Shown piece after piece: positions 38,631 to 50,515 of a DNA stretch of 64,000 bases. Made by a program: the position numbers and the translations under genes. How positions within the stretch are numbered: position 1 is the first letter of the stretch; every line of letters starts with the position of its first letter. Under the pieces are notes generated by a model, which saw only the letters and a list, made by a program, of their open reading frames with translations, ran no database searches and was not told where the DNA came from. The stretch spans positions 705,124 to 769,123 of the forward strand of contig NW_004797525.1 of the NCBI RefSeq assembly GCF_000002075.1. Direction: 5' to 3'. Source of the DNA: Aplysia californica (taxonomy: Eukaryota).

Positions 38631-39772
38631 TTAAATTATGGCTATGGCGTTTACAAATAACCCAAACACGGTAGTATATCTTGCATAAAACCCAATGGAT
38701 TTTATTTATTTGGATTTTTTTTTTTTTTTCACCAAAAGTAGACATTTTTTTAAAACCCTAACTAGTAAGCGGGAAAACCCTAAGACCAATGACAAAAACA
38801 ACAGAACGAAATATTCCGTGAATGTGGATCACCTACCNNNNNNNNNNNNNNNNNNNNNNNNNNNNNNNNNNNNNNNNNNNNNNNNNNNNNNNNNNNNNNN
38901 NNNNNNNNNNNNNNNNNNNNNNNNNNNNNNNNNNNNNAAGATTTGATTCTTCTTTTTTTTAAAAATAATCCAGTGTGCTATATCAACTCTCCTGTTATAT
39001 TAAGTAGTTTGTGTAAATACAGAGGGTTGATTTTTAAGTGGTGCCAAATTAGAGAGAAAAAACAAGGAGGAAAAAATGATAAATATGTTACAGATGTGTA
39101 ATAAGCCCAAAAATAATAACAACACAGCAAGTAGTACATCTAGTTAATTGACTTTGGAAGGAAAGCTCCGGTTCTTTACGAGGGGGGTGGGGGTGGGGCT
39201 AAAGGGATCTTTTATTATTTTCTATGAAGGAAATTTATATGAAATCAGTTTTGGTCCCTTCAGCCATGGGTGAAGAATAAATCTGAAACTATTCTTACGA
39301 AATATCTGACGTGTCAACATCAAAGAATGAACTGGATTGTCGGAAAGAGAACTCTTCGACTGAACACCAGGCTCAGGGACGCAGAAAATCATCTCGACAG
39401 CTTCGCAGCACTCGGGACCTTCAGACCACGAAAGTCAACGGACGAGTGATTCCCGTCAGTCCCAGAATTGACAAACAAGGTCAAAGCAGCCTGCTTCCTA
39501 AACCATTTAAATCGTGCCAATGGGACATAAATAATTTATTATCATTTTTGGGTCTGTGGCAATGTTGGTTTGGTTTCTTTTTAAGGTTTTGTTTTTATTT
39601 TCTTAAAAACAAATGTCATAATTATTCCTTTTCTTTTCGAAGTTGTCAGGATTTGACACACTGAATTTTCAAATCATCAGTTAGGCAGTTTCAAAGGCTG
39701 GTCAAAACTCACTGGTTTGTATATTCTAATAATATACGTTTTCGAAAAGTAGTAGCTTTTTGTGTTCTAATA

Positions 39773-40395
39773 TTACCCCTTTGTGCATCGGAGAAGCATT
39801 TTGTCCAGGATTTGCTTGTACTTTGAACTCATGTTGTAATACACAAAGATATTCACTGCGGAATTCGTTGCTGATAAGGAAGCAGAAAATGACCATATCA
39901 CTAATATCAGCAAAAACAAATCTCCGCATTTCCCTGATGCGGTATATTCGGGTTCTAAACTTTTTGCAATAAAGTTAATTACACTTGGCAAGAGGCATAC
40001 TATAAAAATGATCGCAATAAATAGAAACAACTTCACAATTTTCTTGTCTCTATTTGAAAAAGCATCATGATCTCCAGAACTGGAAGTAGACTTCCGCCAT
40101 TTTGACTTACTAATAAGGTTTTGGACAAGGATTATAGAGCAAATGATGACTATGCAATCAGTACCCCTATATCGGCAATGACCAGCCTGAACAAAGAGAT
40201 GTTCACCGTGTCTTTAAAGCCCTGTCTGATAAAAACGATTAGGTTGATGACGTTAGCCACAATGCCAAAGAAGCTGATGACTCCTAAAATAATGACGTAG
40301 AAACCGATGACAAAAATTGCAAGGACTAGATCGTTGACCATTCTGCTAGGCAGTGGTCCAAATGACGTTCCATAAGTTTCGTTTCCAGAGGCCAT
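39773..40395 (-). pseudogene. GPCR copy C: about 406-nt internal deletion (late TM2 to TM5) with a stop at the junction
   Basis: At about 40150, DIGVLIA joins directly to TM5 sequence and creates TAG; 623 nt versus 1029 nt expected. Confidence 0.85.
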
Positions 40396-40656
40396 CTCTG
40401 TTCTCTTGTGGCGTTTCTCCAACACCTGAACTTGCACAAGCACTAGAGCTGTATAAATAGAGAACAAACGACGTGTTGATACGACCACCAGAGCCTGCCT
40501 GTTGAATTTTGAAAATCTTATTTGAGTGCGCGAAATGAACTTAAATAAATAAAAATAAATAAATAGATAAATGAGTAAATGAATAGATAAATAGATAAAT
40601 AAGTAAAAGAGTAGATAAATAAATAAATAGCATATAATAATAACAATATAAAATGA

Positions 40657-40657
<1 letters not shown>

Positions 40658-40730
<73 letters not shown>
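40658..40730. repeat. (AAT)n microsatellite; other SSRs: (CT)n 52-98 and 1548-1620, (GT)n 2072-2152 and 17080-17129, (AG)n 4459-4520, (AT)n 54333-54390
   Basis: Direct inspection. Confidence 0.95.
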
Positions 40731-40732
<2 letters not shown>

Positions 40733-40982
40733 TAACAACAAAAATATTGCAACTGCATTTAGAAAAGCTATTACCCACACTCTCCGCACGCTGTATTAGT
40801 TTAGATAAACCATACAAAAATGAATAACACATAAACGATTCAGCAAGTGCAGACAATGTTTATAAAAATAATAAAATAATTTTAACGAAAGAGAACAACT
40901 GACTTTTGTTTCCACATAATTCCATAAAGATTTGCTTTCTTCGCTCTGAATAGTTCAAGAGTATGTTATGCACAATGAGAAA

Positions 40983-41312
40983 GGGGGCTTTCGTGGCCAA
41001 GAGGTTAAGGTGGCTGCCTCTCATGCAACAGGGCCAGGGTTCAAGTCCTGACAGCGACTGAACAATTTCTTGTCTAAAATGTCCCCCTTTAACCCTCTTT
41101 CCTGCTCACTATCAATGTTCTGTCGTCTGCTTTCGTCTCCGATTTCCCCCCAAACTTCCTTTGCCCCCTCCTCTAAGCCCCTGACTCTTTCTGCAGCCTT
41201 TATACTGCTTCTCCTTAGCTCATTCTTACTGCTGTCTTTCAGCCACACACCTGATCGTATGGTAGGTCTTATCTAGCACCTAGCCTTCTCGGACAAGAGC
41301 CAAAAATCCCCG
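40983..41312 (+). mobile_element. SINE family 2, 3'-truncated (duplicate of the 37391 copy)
   Basis: Same head at the same flanking site as 37391. Confidence 0.75.
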
Positions 41313-43547
41313 GACGATAGATGCTCCATAGGAAAGAAGAAGCAAACCACACCCAGAGCACCCGCCAACCACGCATAACTTTTTTTCGTAACTGTATATA
41401 AAATACTACAGATCTCTGTCACGCGTAAAACGGGATTGTTTACTGCACCTCCCGCTTTTCACTCATAGTTTGCATACGCGTATGGCCTACTTCACAGCTC
41501 ACCAAAGGCACTTTATAGTGGCAAAACTTGTTACAAGAATTAATTAACTTTATAGTGAGCACTCTGTCTTAGACTAAAGGTTCTCAAAACTTGCGTTCAA
41601 CGTCATGGTCAGAAAAAAATGACGACCTGTTTTAAAAAACGATATCGTCCTTGTTGTAAACCTTTTAAAAGTCTGTAGAAACCACCCATTGGAATTTTGT
41701 ATTAGTATTTATAAGGATTGTTTACGTTTACCCTATCCGCACGTCGTGTTTTACCTTCTTATCCATATGACGTGAGGAACTCTGTGCCACCACGTTCCAA
41801 AGCGGAAATTTACTCGTTAATCCGATCCGTACGCTTTGCATAGCAGTCTGTGAAAATGATTTTTTGAGAAATACTGAAAGTTTCAAAGAGATCTTCGCTC
41901 TAGAAGTATTCTATAATGTGAAGAATACAACCCCTGGGTACAAAATGACCCCGGGGCATATGGATAGGGTTAAATTATGGCTATGGCGTTTACAAATAAC
42001 CCAAACTCGGTAGTAAATCTTGCATAAAACCCAGTGGATTTTAATTATTTGGATTTTTTTTTTTCACCAAAGGTAGACATTTTTTTGAAACCCTAACTAG
42101 TAAGCAGGAAAACCCTAAGACCAATGACAAAAACAACAGAACGAGATATTCCGTGAATGTGGATCACCTACCACCTAGCACACGGGAGGGGGGGGGGGGC
42201 GAGGAGATCATGTACGGCTTTGTATGAAATTAAATCTTTAGAAATCGTAACAAAGAGAGAGGAAGCCGGGAGCGAAAGAACACTCCAACGTCGTTAAAAG
42301 TCTAACAAATTTAATTTGTGCTCGTAACAATTCCTCTTAAAAAGTCAGTCGGTCTACACTGGTTATTGACTTAGATGTATTCGGAAATCAGAGACGGAAA
42401 CTTTGGTTGCAATATTGTTTCAATTTTGTAACTCCCTACAAAACCGTGAATGCGATGGATACTTTCCTAGACATGAGCAAACAAAAAATACTGAGAAATA
42501 CCAAGGGCGAAGTTCTACAGAAAAGGACGGAGAGTTAAATTATATAATCAAAGACCGTTTCTTTTTTAACTTTCTCATCCCTTCTGAGTTAATGAGGTCA
42601 TTATTTTGGCGAGCGACTGATCTCACCACGAATTTTTGTTATCAAAGTTATTTTTATATTGTAGTTATCTGTGACACCATAGACCATTCCATATGCTGTT
42701 AAACAATCCGACACAGCATCTGTCCATGTAGTTTAAAATGTTGTGAGAGAGATAAAAGGGGGAACATCATATCACTAGCTTTGTGGGAAAATTCGCATCA
42801 AATTGTACACATCTGTTAAACACCACCAAAGTAAAAGATGAAATACATGTTACACGAGCAACACACCTATTTCTCCGAGCCAACCCCCTCCCTTAAAAAA
42901 TCCTTTTCCAAAGCACAGATGTATAACTAATCCCAATAGAATAATGGCAAAATATTGGACATAATGGCAAGATTGCTGGAATAAAGTCCATATCCAAATA
43001 GCCAAGTCAATTGAATGGAAAGCTGGGATAACCTAACAACACACATTCTAAATCATCGGGTTGTAGATTCGAACCAGGATCACTTGAGTTTTAGTCTAGT
43101 GTGACATCTGTGGCACGAACAAGACAGACAAAACTACTGGTTGTACACTGATGACCATGTCAGGAATTCTTTTTCAATCAGCACTCATCTTGCGCTGTTT
43201 ATTTTAAACCTCCGAATTCGTCAACGTTTTCTGATACTGACCATCTCCGTTTACTAGTCAAGAATGAATCTGTCCCCGTTGTTTTATGAAAGAAAAATTC
43301 TGAAATTAAGCAAACTGAGCCCAAAAATGTGAAATTGTGCGATTGTGATAATTTTAACGAAGAATAATAAAAGAAAAAAACAGAAATTATGCCAAAAATG
43401 ATCACATTTTGCTAAATTATGCGGGGTGCATAAACCCAGGGGGACAGATGAATCAACAGTGTTGTTACATCGTGTTTATCATCTGTACTCATCTTGCAGT
43501 GTCCATTTTTCACCCTCTGATTTCCTCAACGACTTCTGATACTGACC

Positions 43548-44506
43548 CAACAGTACACACCAGAGGAGACTCCATCCTGAAGCCTCCATTTTCTCTGCGG
43601 AGGCCACTGCCATTGACATGGCACTGGACTCCCTAGAAAATTCTCCAAACAAATCTTTCCTAATCCTTTCTGACTCTCTGTCTTGCATCACCTCATTCAC
43701 AAACTACACACTCTTACACCCAAAAATAGTTAGGCTACAACAGAAATTCACACACTATAGGAGACGAAAAAACAGCATGTTCGCATGGATACCTCGCCAT
43801 GTGGGCATCCGAGGAAACGAGCAGGTAGACGACCTGGCGAAGGAAGCCTCATCCCTTCTGCTGGGATCAACGACAAACACTCTCCCTCAGACTGACTTTA
43901 GAAATAAAGTAAAGTAAAAAGTACACCTCCAGTCTGTGGGAGAGCCACTGGGAAAAACAGAAAAACAATAAACTATATTCTATAAAACCCAAACTAGAAC
44001 AGCGAAATCCTTTGGACCTCCCCAGAAGAGACGAAGTCATTTTTACTCGATTGCGCATCAGACACAGGACCCTGACCCACAAATACCTCCTACAGGGAGA
44101 TGAGAAGCCGTTGTGTGTCGGATGCGACACAGATTTTACCATTAAACACATCTTAACCGAATGTCTAGACTTTGGAGAGATCCGAAGGAAATATTATAAA
44201 TGCAACAAATTGCAAGACATTTTTCCGTCGTTGGTCCCAGCAGAATTTTGAATTTTATGAAGGCTATTGGCCTTTATGGCAAATTGTAAAGAGAAACAGT
44301 ATTGTTTAAAAAATGTTATTGTTATTAATAAGAGTTGTTTTAAATCGCAAATATATTTACCCTGAATTTTAGTATTTTAGCATTTTAAGATCTAATTGTC
44401 GACAAACCGTGCAGTGAACTATTGCGAATGCTACCAACTTGTGTTTCGCGCGCTCATATGACCTTAGGCAGTTGCGAGCGCCGTAAAACCCTGTACTACT
44501 AACTAA
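43548..44506 (+). mobile_element. RNase H-bearing I-group LINE, 5'-truncated
   Basis: SIFSAEATAI, ILSDSLS, WIPRHVGIRGNEQVDDLAK, RLRIRH..LTH, C..C...TIKHILTEC; 12-bp TSD CTGATACTGACC (43536-43547 and 44507-44518); empty sites near 31770 and 51850. Confidence 0.9.
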
Positions 44507-46339
44507 CTGATACTGACCATCAACGTTTCCTTGACAGGAATAAATCACCAGTGTCGGGATGCGGGGCTTTAGACACGGACGGAGTCACCCAAGATCAGCA
44601 AGCTGCCAAACGTTTTCTTACCGCAACCTCGACCATCATCTCCAATTACAACGACTATAAAACATGAACGTAAACGAAGAGAGTCATTGCGTTTATTTTT
44701 ACTTAATTAAGGAACAACGTGCCATGAGTTAGAGTGAAGATATAGGTTTACACTAAGGCTATTATATCTCGAGCAGGATTGGATACTGGTCAAGGAGTGT
44801 GGTTCGTTTCTGTTTGGCTAGTGCTCAGGATTGAAAATAACGAAAAGGACAAGTTTAGTGGTTTTGTTAGGTGTTAGAGTATAGTGGTACAGTTGGTTAA
44901 AATTTGGGGGTTGAATTTAGAAATAGGGGTTAGGGTTTGTTACTACATTAATTAGGTACCTTAAAAAAAGCAATTGTAGACAGTCTATTAAAAGAGTAAC
45001 TCTTTCAAAAACGCACACATTTTTAATTCCGTTTCAATTCGGGTTTGAAATTTTGAAATTTAGATAAACTCAATGCCCCGTTAATAAGAACAAATTGTTC
45101 AAGTGCACTAGAAGGGACCATCTTCATGGAGCTTGGAGTCAAAAGTTTTCCTTGTTTAAATTACAACGGCTAGAAATTAGTGGACTGACTACACTCTGCC
45201 ACTCTCTAACTATGCTTGGTGACTACACGTAATATAACATTAAGTCTTTCCTCCACTGATCCACGTCTTTGGCAAAGCTGTCTGCACATGGTCGCTTTTA
45301 AGCGCAAAGGAGCTATCCCAAACAATGCTGATTTGAGAAAATTGAAGGTTAAGTTTTTGCCCCTTGTTCAGTTTCTTTAAAAGACAAGGAGAGTTTTCTC
45401 TATAACCAAACAAATATACATACGAATGAAACCAAACTTCTCTTATAGGTAGGGCAATGCCCACTTTTGGTGTTGGTCAAGATTNNNNNNNNNNNNNNNN
45501 NNNNNNNNNNNNNNNNNNNNNNNNNNNNNNNNNNNNNNNNNNNNNNNNNNNNNNNNNNNNNNNNNNNNNNNNNNNNNNNNNNNNNNNNNNNNNNNNNNNN
45601 NNNNNNNNNNNNNNNNNNNNNNNNNNNNNNNNNNNNNNNNNNNNNNNNNNNNNNNNNNNNNNNNNNNNNNNNNNNNNNNNNNNNNNNNNNNNNNNNNNNN
45701 NNNNNNNNNNNNNNNNNNNNNNNNNNNNNNNNNNNNNNNNNNNNNNNNNNNNNNNNNNNNNNNNNNNNNNNNNNNNNNNNNNNNNNNNNNNNNNNNNNNN
45801 NNNNNNNNNNNNNNNNNNNNNNNNNNNNNNNNNNNNNNNNNNNNNNNNNNNNNNNNNNNNNNNNNNNNNNNNNNNNNNNNNNNNNNNNNNNNNNNNNNNN
45901 NNNNNNNNNNNNNNNNNNNNNNNNNNNNNNNNNNNNNNNNNNNNNNNNNNNNNNNNNNNNNNNNNNNNNNNNNNNNNNNNNNNNNNNNNNNNNNNNNNNN
46001 NNNNNNNNNNNNNNNNNNNNNNNNNNNNNNNNNNNNNNNNNNNNNNNNNNNNNNNNNNNNNNNNNNNNNNNNNNNNNNNNNGTCTCTTGTCAACTGTCTC
46101 TTGTTATCTGTCTCTTGTCAACTGTCTCTTGTCAACCAAGGACCCACACAAAAACTTGTGGTGAACCCATCTAAAAGAGCGGTTAGCTGTGCTTCTCCTT
46201 CTCGCCCGTTGTCATTCGTGAAGTAGCTCTTTGCTTGATTTTACCCACACAGAGATTTGGCAAAGTCTGAGAATTGATTTGTGCAGTTGTCTTTATTTCT
46301 GTATTTCTTCACCTAGCCACGAGACAAGCTAACAACAGC

Positions 46340-46711
46340 ATGAGGCTCTCGTTTCTCCCGTCCCTTCTGCTGGTTAGTTTCCTCGTCCTTCACGGGCATG
46401 TAGGGAAGACATCGGGATGTAGACCTTTATACAACCCAAATATAAACGACTTTGAAGTAAATTATCTTCGGCGTGATGTGAAAGGAGACCTGATGGACCA
46501 GCTTCCCTCTGATGAGACGGACATTTTGACAAGGACCACGCAACAACATTCTCCCATACTCAAGAAGAAAAGCGGTGTTTCTGATGAAGACAGGAACATA
46601 TTGATCATAAAACCAGTGCTTCCCGATGATGATGATGAAGAAGAAAACGATGGAGACAAGAACATTTTCACAATTCAACTAAGCGCAAAGGATGAAGCTT
46701 CCTCACCATGA
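46340..46711 (+). CDS. small secreted prepropeptide, copy 2 (123 aa: signal, CRPLYNPNINDFEVNYL, RR, acidic spacer with KKK site and DDDDEEEND)
   Basis: Paralog of 29857..30108; differs by an in-frame 120-nt indel; dibasic RR and tribasic KKK convertase-type sites. Confidence 0.72.
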   Translation: MRLSFLPSLLLVSFLVLHGHVGKTSGCRPLYNPNINDFEVNYLRRDVKGDLMDQLPSDETDILTRTTQQHSPILKKKSGVSDEDRNILIIKPVLPDDDDEEENDGDKNIFTIQLSAKDEASSP

Positions 46712-47050
46712 ACAAAAAGGTGAGATATGATTTTATGCTTTAGCAACAGACGGAAAAGGTTAGAGGTTAAAGGTGAAAAAAGAAATATTGCTGGCATAAA
46801 CAACAGTCAATAATAAGCTCTAGGTATTAATATATTTCCACAATAATGATAATATTATAGAAAAGACAAAACAATCTTCAGAGATAAAGAAAAAAATCAA
46901 ACTATACTTCACAAGGAGAAATATTCAACAATAATAAGTTCAAGGTGTCAAACATTAAGAAACAGACAATAAATATTATGAAATATCGAGTGCGAATTCG
47001 TTATCTTCGGGAGGACCAAAACAATAGGAGTTCTAGCAAAGTTCTATAGA

Positions 47051-50000
47051 CTAGACACACTCGCGTTCTACGAACGGTGATGTTGTTGTTGTTGTTCGTC
47101 CTTCACATATAAAGATGACCATGACTTCACAAATTGGTCTGTTGACAGTGACTGTGGGTCCGGAGATGGCTGATGAGTCCTATCCGGGCTCGAAAGGTTC
47201 GTCCACATTGTGGGCACGGGTAGTCTGCTGTTGGACTTGTGGTGGAGGCAGGTCTGGACTTGCGCACGTTGCATTTTTGTTTGGCCTAGGCGATTCGCTT
47301 GGCTTCTGCTGCTTTGGCTCCCTTCGTTAGCTTGCAGCGCCACGCGGGACGATCTAGGGCCAGCGTTCCCCACGAGTCGTTCAGGATTTCAAGTTCCTTG
47401 CGAGAGAATTTGAGGCAGTCCTTGAAACGTTGTTTCTGCATACCAACTGATCGCTTGCCATGGAGCAGCTCTCCATACATCAGCTGTTTTGGCAACCGGC
47501 TGTGCGCCATTCTGATCACGTGGCCGGCATATCTGGCTTGCGTTTTGTGGAGGATGGTGTAGATGCTGGGGGTTCCGGCTCGCTCTAAAACAGCAGTGTC
47601 TGGGGCTTTGTCCTGTCATTGGATGCGGAGGATTTTACGACGACAGCTCAGGTGGAATCGATTGAGCTGCTTGGCGTGTCTGCTGTAGACAGTCCAGGTC
47701 TCGCTGGCGTAGAAAAGAATGGTGAGAACCACAGCCCGGTAGACCTTCAGCTTTGTGGAGAGGCTGAGTCCTCTGCGCTCCCAGACATTCTTGCGAAGCC
47801 TCCCAAAGGCGGCGCTGGCCTTGGCAACTCTGGTGTTTATTTCAGCATCTATATGTACGGCTCGTGAAAGTGTGCTGCCTAGGTAGGTAAAGTGGTCAGC
47901 TGCCTGGAGTTTCTGTCACTTCACCAGGATTTGTGGCACTGTGTGATAGTGACAGGAAAGCCCAAGATAACATGTTAGTTCCGGTACTTGATTCATTGCC
48001 GTAGGACCTCTGTGCAGGCAACATTGCTAGTATACTCGCCATCTGGAACTCCGTCCTGGGTAGCAGGTCTGTTTACATGCATCCTAATAGATTCCCTGGA
48101 CCCAACACGACTCATTGCGACATATAATTGTCCATGGGGAAAAATCGTCCTGTAAAGAAACCCCTATCCTTTTCAAAGTCTGTCCCTGAGCTTTGTTGGC
48201 AGTCATTGCAAAAGTAGGTCTTACTGAAATTGTTTCCGTAGCATATGGAAGGGAAATACATTGTCTGAAAGCATTAGGGGAAGCCTTGGGATGAAAAGTC
48301 TCTTTCCGACATGTGGACCTCAAGCAACGACAGCATCAATTACATGTTGATGAAGGTGTTGAACCACATATCGAGTCCCGTTGCAGTGGCTGTTTGTGGG
48401 ATCCAGATTTCTCAGCAACATGACAATGCTGTCTTTCCGCAATGTCAGTTTGTGGAGTGGCATACCTGACGGACATAGAGAATTGATAAATTCGATGGGG
48501 TATTGGTGTTCATTTTCTTCCACCGAATCACTGCTCTTGTAGACTTTTTCTTCTCCGGGAAAGAACTGCATGATCAGGTTGTTGATTCTGTCTACTTCTG
48601 TGTTGGTTGGACAGATGATGCAGCATGAAACCAGCCAGTCAGGATTTGTGTTAGACAGCAAGTTACCGAAGTATCAACTCTCGTTTGCTCCTTACTGTGA
48701 TGTCATCTGGCAGTTTTATCGCAAAGTTCCCGATTTGCTTGCATTCCTTGTGTTTGCCATCACCAATGTTCAGTAGATATTTGGAGAAATCAGCAGTCTC
48801 ACCTGTAAACGAAACCCTCATGTTTCTTGTCAGTCTGAGCACATTACCATGCTCCCACAGATATGATTTCAAGGTTGCATTTACTATCTGTGATCTTGAG
48901 CTATGGCGAACTACTGGTAGTATTTGGCGACAGTCACCCGACATCAGCACAGTTAGCCCACCGAACAGAGAGTTATTCCCAAATATGTCTTGAAGTGTTC
49001 GGTTTATGGCTTCTAAGATGTGTTTGTGTCCCATCGATACTTCATCAATGATGAGCAGCTCTGTTTGGCGTAATAAAGTGCCACTGGCATCTCGGGGACT
49101 CACACTGCACATGGACTGTTCGTTCACACACAGAAGTATGGTATTTTGCATCTGCTGTGTAATGTTCTGCCATTTGAGAGCAGAGTTGCTGCAATGCCTG
49201 ACAGAGCTGTAGCAAGGGTGATCTTCTTAAAGGAACGGACAGCCTAAAGAATCAGGTTTATAGTGTGGGTTTTCCCAGTCCCTCCACTTGCCCCAGGGCA
49301 AATATCTTGTCTTGTTTCTGTACAACTGACTCTATCACAACATTATACACTACTCTTTGTTCTTCATTAAGCTTTGAGTACTCTTGGCTCACCTTCTCTC
49401 AAAGGTTGAAGTTCATTTAAAATGTCTGGCCGTAAAATATGTGACAGTCTCAGCCTATCCTGAAGTTCTGTGGCAGAGTCATGAAAAAAAACCTGGGCAA
49501 ACTTTGGTACAGTTCCAGCAGTGGGAAGAAGATTTTCTAATCGGGGGGTACGGCTTGCTCTGGATTTTGAAGGTTGGATTGAAGCCCGTTTCAGCTTGTT
49601 CACTGCACCCAATTGAAGCAAGGGCGAGAGCATTATTGTATGACCTACAGTGTGGTAAGAAAGAGCTGCCGCTCTGTGCTACATAGTTATATTTCATTAA
49701 TTCCAGAGGAGGTGGGGGAGGTACAGGTATACTAACCTTTCCATTTTGACTGCAGAATGTATTTCTCTCTTCTCTCCATCTTATGGCATTGCAATGATCA
49801 CAGACGACACTGAATTTACCACAGTCATATGTCCGTAATCTTCGGCCAACTTTAGTTTCACTAAACGACTGTGCGTTGCACGCTGTGGCCAACGTTGGCC
49901 CATTCTTTCTTGGCCTAGCACGTTCAAGGTCTTCCTCCAGATTATGACTATGAGAACGTAAATTCTGTTTGACAGTCGCCTTTCTCCGTTTCCTCTCGCT

Positions 50001-50515
50001 TTGACCTCTGTTTCGTGGGTTTAAACAAACTCTACGTTTAAGGGGCATCTTACTACATTATTAACTTTATTAACTAATATTCCATGGGCCAATAGAAGTA
50101 GCTGAAATATAAACTATGTGGCATACACAAACGACAAAACACAAACCACACTTGTGTCCATGTTAACTACTTCAAAAAAGTATAACTCTGTGGCACACAC
50201 ACGACAAAGCAGAAACCTCACTTCTGTTCTTGCGAACTACTCACACGCACAACAAAGCTCGGGACCGAAACAGAAGCAGTCCCCAGTACAATATGAAATG
50301 GCGAAAGGCAGAGTGAAAACACCCGAGAGCTTCGATTTACAGGAAAAATCATCAAACCTGAAAAATCAAAAGGTAGTTTCCGAACTTTGAAAATATGCCC
50401 ACGTAACCCATTGGGGCAATTCTGGTCTGAATCATATTTTTGTAGATTTTATGGGCACTTGTGTAAAAGGTTTTTACTGACCCCACAAACGAGCTTTAGC
50501 TCCATTATAATAAGA
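47051..50515 (-). mobile_element. Helitron, internally deleted (PIF1 helicase and N-terminal Cys-rich remnants, no Rep/HUH)
   Basis: 5' TC at 50515 and 3' CTAG at 47051 with hairpin CGTTC-GTA-GAACG; inserted between A and T (empty site ctataaa|ttctgg near 30447). Motifs GASGGTGKT, LLIIDEVSM, GDCRQILPVV, MLLRNLD..CNGTRY, FAMTANKAQGQTL; frameshifted. Confidence 0.9.
47082..47942 (-). mobile_element. RTE-clade LINE 3' fragment nested in the Helitron
   Basis: RMAHSRLPKQLMYGEL, CPQCGRTFRARIGLISHLRTH zinc finger, (CAA)n tail, flanking GTGAT direct repeat. Confidence 0.85.

Larger units (their letters stand above)
38938..42172. repeat. tandem duplicate of 34897-38837 (GPCR C block)
   Basis: Near-identical to the GPCR B block, including the SINE head and piggyBac-like MITE; separated from it by a 100-N gap. 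Confidence 0.8.
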
